Assembly: GCA_963740615.1 (NCBI GenBank)
Contig: CAVUEZ010000002.1
Location: 53,463-117,462 of the forward strand
Reading direction: 5' to 3'
From: Terriglobia bacterium
GTDB lineage: Bacteria; Acidobacteriota; Terriglobia; Terriglobales; Acidobacteriaceae
Length of the DNA: 64,000 nucleotides
Shown: positions 61,799 through 64,000 of the stretch, in pieces
How positions within the stretch are numbered: the stretch's first letter is position 1
How the letters are laid out: each line of letters begins with the position of its first letter
Made by a program: the position numbers and the translations under genes
Notes under the pieces: generated by a model
Told to the model about the DNA's origin: nothing
The model's database searches: none
Seen by the model: only the letters and a program-made list of their open reading frames with translations

Positions 61799-62326
61799 TC
61801 AAATTGCGTCGCGCAGGACGGAGAGGTACTGCTTGTACTGCAGCCGCACCTCGATGAATTCGTCATGCCGAAGCTTCAGCTCGTCGGCGATGAGTCGGAT
61901 CTCCCGGTCTTCGACCGTGGAAATCGATCCGTCCGCGGCCGCCACCGCGAACAGGCAATGCAGCAGGCGGATCTTCTCCTCGTGATCGGCCATGGTGCTG
62001 AATTCCTCGGTCACCAGGAAGTTTTCCGTCCCCCCGAACAACGTCGCCTGGGTCTTGGCGATCTGCACCACCAGAATGGCCTGTTCCTCGGGAAGCCCGC
62101 CGCGCTCGGCCACCAGGCGCTCCATTTCACCGGTTTCCGCTTCCGTGATCTTCAAATCGGCGCGCGCCACGCGGCTGAGCACATAGGCGAAGGCGGCAAC
62201 CCGCTTGGCGCGATCCGGCGGCAGTTGATCGAGCGCGCGCACGATCTTGCGGACGGTTTCCGTCTCATCGGACTTGGGGTCTTCCACCCGCCGCCGCAAT
62301 CCCTCCAGAAATCTGGCTAACGACAT
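61799..62326 (-). CDS. TerB-family (tellurite-resistance-like) protein
   Basis: AFAYVLSRVARADLKITEAETGEME...LLHCLFAVAAADGSISTVEDREIRLIADEL is typical of TerB/DjlA-N domains. Confidence 0.7.
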   Translation of the reverse strand: MSLARFLEGLRRRVEDPKSDETETVRKIVRALDQLPPDRAKRVAAFAYVLSRVARADLKITEAETGEMERLVAERGGLPEEQAILVVQIAKTQATLFGGTENFLVTEEFSTMADHEEKIRLLHCLFAVAAADGSISTVEDREIRLIADELKLRHDEFIEVRLQYKQYLSVLRDAI

Positions 62327-62689
62327 GGCAATTGTCCTTGTGCGGGGGCTCGATTCTTCCCGCCTCTCCATGTTCAACACCGGATGGCGCGGGAGTCAAG
62401 CTCAGTGGCCTCATCCTTATCTCCAGCGGAGAAATCGCGGTCAGCCCGCGTTGTTCAGCATTGCTGCGAGGCTGGCCGCCGCCGCCCGCCGCGGTCAATA
62501 CAGCCGTCAGGGTAGTCGGCGGGTCGGCAACATCCGTTTCCCAGTTCCATTTCGGCCTTCAGCGCCTCTTCGCGATGCTGAAATCGGGCGCAAATTTGGA
62601 AGCGCTACTCAGCCTGTCCGCATCCAAGGTGCACGCGTCAGTGTCTCCGCACTCGGAACTCGCTGACCCTGGGGAGACGAAGAGAGAGA

Positions 62690-64000
62690 ATGCAGTCCAC
62701 ATCCACGGTCCTGGAAGCCATCCAGCTAGCCCCCGGCGACCGCACCGCCATCATTATTCCCGACAGCGGCGCGCATGTAACCTACGCTTCGCTGCGCGCG
62801 CAAGTTCAAACCATGGCCGACACCCTGGCCGCGGCCGGCATCCGCCGCGGCACGCGCGTTGCCATCGCCCTGCCCAACGGCCTGCCGGCCATCGTCAGTT
62901 TCCTGGCGGCCTCCATCGCCGGCACTGCCGCGCCCATGAACCCGACGTACAAGTACCAGGAGTTCGCCTTCTATTTCCAGGACACGGGCGCCCGCGTCCT
63001 GATCTGCGGCGAAAGCGATGCCCACGAGGCGCGCTCCGCGGCCGCCGACTCCGGCGTTCCCATCCTGCCGGTGGAGGTCGATGCCGAGGGCACCGTCCGC
63101 CTGCTGGGCGTCTCGCCCAAGCCCTGGACCACGCCGCCCTCGCCCGACGACATTGCGCTCATCCTGCACACCAGCGGCAGCACCGGCCGGCCCAAGCGCG
63201 TCCCCTTGCGGCACCGCCACCTGGCGACCTCCGCCGCCCACATCGTGGAAACCTACGCCCTTTCGCCCGACGACGTTTCCCTCTGCTTCATGCCCCTGTT
63301 TCATGTGCACGGCATTGTGGCCTCCACCCTGGCTCCCCTGCTATCCGGGGGGACGGTGGTCGCGCCCACCGGCGTGAACCCGCTGGCCTTCTGGCGGCTG
63401 GTGCGCCAGTACGGCGTCACCTGGTACACCGCCGTGCCCACCATTCACCAGGTGGTCACCGCGCGGCTTCGCCACCGCGACCGCCCGGAGGCCGGCGGCA
63501 CGCTGCGCTTTGTGCGCTCCGCCAGCGCACCCCTGGCGCCCGAGACCATGCGCCGGATGGAGGAGGTGTTCGGCGTTCCCGTGCTGGAAGCCTATGGCAT
63601 GACCGAGGCGGCGCATCAGATGGCCTCCAATCCCCTGCCTCCGGGTGCGCGGAAACCCGGCTCGGTCGGCCTGCCCACCGGAATCGACATCGGCATCATG
63701 GATGATCATGGCACCCCGCTCGAGCCGGGCCAGCGCGGCGAGGTGGTCATCCGCGGCCCCAACGTCTTCCACGGCTACGAGAACAACCCCGAGGAAAATG
63801 CGGCCGCCTTTTTCGGCGACTGGTTCCGCACTGGCGACGAAGGCTGGATCGACCCGGACGGCTATCTCCACCTTTCCGGGCGCATCAAGGAGCTCATCAA
63901 CCGCGCCGGCGAAAAGGTCGCCCCACGACATATCGACGAAGTGCTCCTGGAGCATCCCGCGGTCGCCGAGGCGGTCACCTTCGCCATGCCCGATTCCACC
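62690..64000 (+). CDS. AMP-dependent acyl-CoA synthetase/ligase (3' end outside window)
   Basis: Hand-translated from ATG 62690. The ORF is absent from the track because it has no stop in the window. AMP-binding motif LHTSGSTGRPKRV, YGMTEAA and FRTGDEGWIDPDGYLHLSGRIKELINRAGEKV. Confidence 0.85.
   Translation, partial: MQSTSTVLEAIQLAPGDRTAIIIPDSGAHVTYASLRAQVQTMADTLAAAGIRRGTRVAIALPNGLPAIVSFLAASIAGTAAPMNPTYKYQEFAFYFQDTGARVLICGESDAHEARSAAADSGVPILPVEVDAEGTVRLLGVSPKPWTTPPSPDDIALILHTSGSTGRPKRVPLRHRHLATSAAHIVETYALSPDDVSLCFMPLFHVHGIVASTLAPLLSGGTVVAPTGVNPLAFWRLVRQYGVTWYTAVPTIHQVVTARLRHRDRPEAGGTLRFVRSASAPLAPETMRRMEEVFGVPVLEAYGMTEAAHQMASNPLPPGARKPGSVGLPTGIDIGIMDDHGTPLEPGQRGEVVIRGPNVFHGYENNPEENAAAFFGDWFRTGDEGWIDPDGYLHLSGRIKELINRAGEKVAPRHIDEVLLEHPAVAEAVTFAMPDST

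Noticed and set aside
62332-63705. 457-aa plus-strand ORF
   Set aside because: Out-of-frame Arg/Pro/Gly-rich shadow of the acyl-CoA ligase gene. That gene's true frame starts at 62690 and carries the AMP-binding motifs.

Overview
GC-rich bacterial chromosomal segment. The host is probably Acidobacteriota-like, inferred only from the PEP-CTERM and GWxTD proteins and the dense palindromic and heptamer repeat content. No searches were run; every call rests on motif recognition and reading the sequence.

The backbone is housekeeping and envelope genes: secretin fragment, DsbA-like, nadE, erpA, tRNA-Leu, UDG, tig-clpP-clpX, carA-carB, lepB, glgE-treS-mak, and an acyl-CoA ligase.

Accessory content:
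- A complete type II-C CRISPR-Cas locus at 17.6-25.2 kb. It has a divergent tracrRNA with a near-consensus promoter, cas9-cas1-cas2, and 19 identical 36-bp repeats. An IS1380-family element inserted exactly at a repeat end splits the array into 12 + 7 repeats.
- A mini IS1595-family element.
- An orphan RHS C-terminal toxin with an overlapping lipoprotein immunity candidate.
- A RAYT (IS200-like Y1 transposase) pseudogene flanked by inverted REPs.
- A VapC toxin module.
- Two secreted-protease clusters.

Unusual intergenic structure:
- Many short heptanucleotide tandem arrays at gene ends.
- At least three REP-like palindrome families.
- A 107-bp tandem triplication.

About ten conserved genes, including carB and mak, carry single-nucleotide frameshifts. 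This most likely reflects an indel-prone assembly, so the six-frame ORF track is misleading at those sites. Long antisense 'shadow' ORFs typical of GC-rich DNA were ignored.
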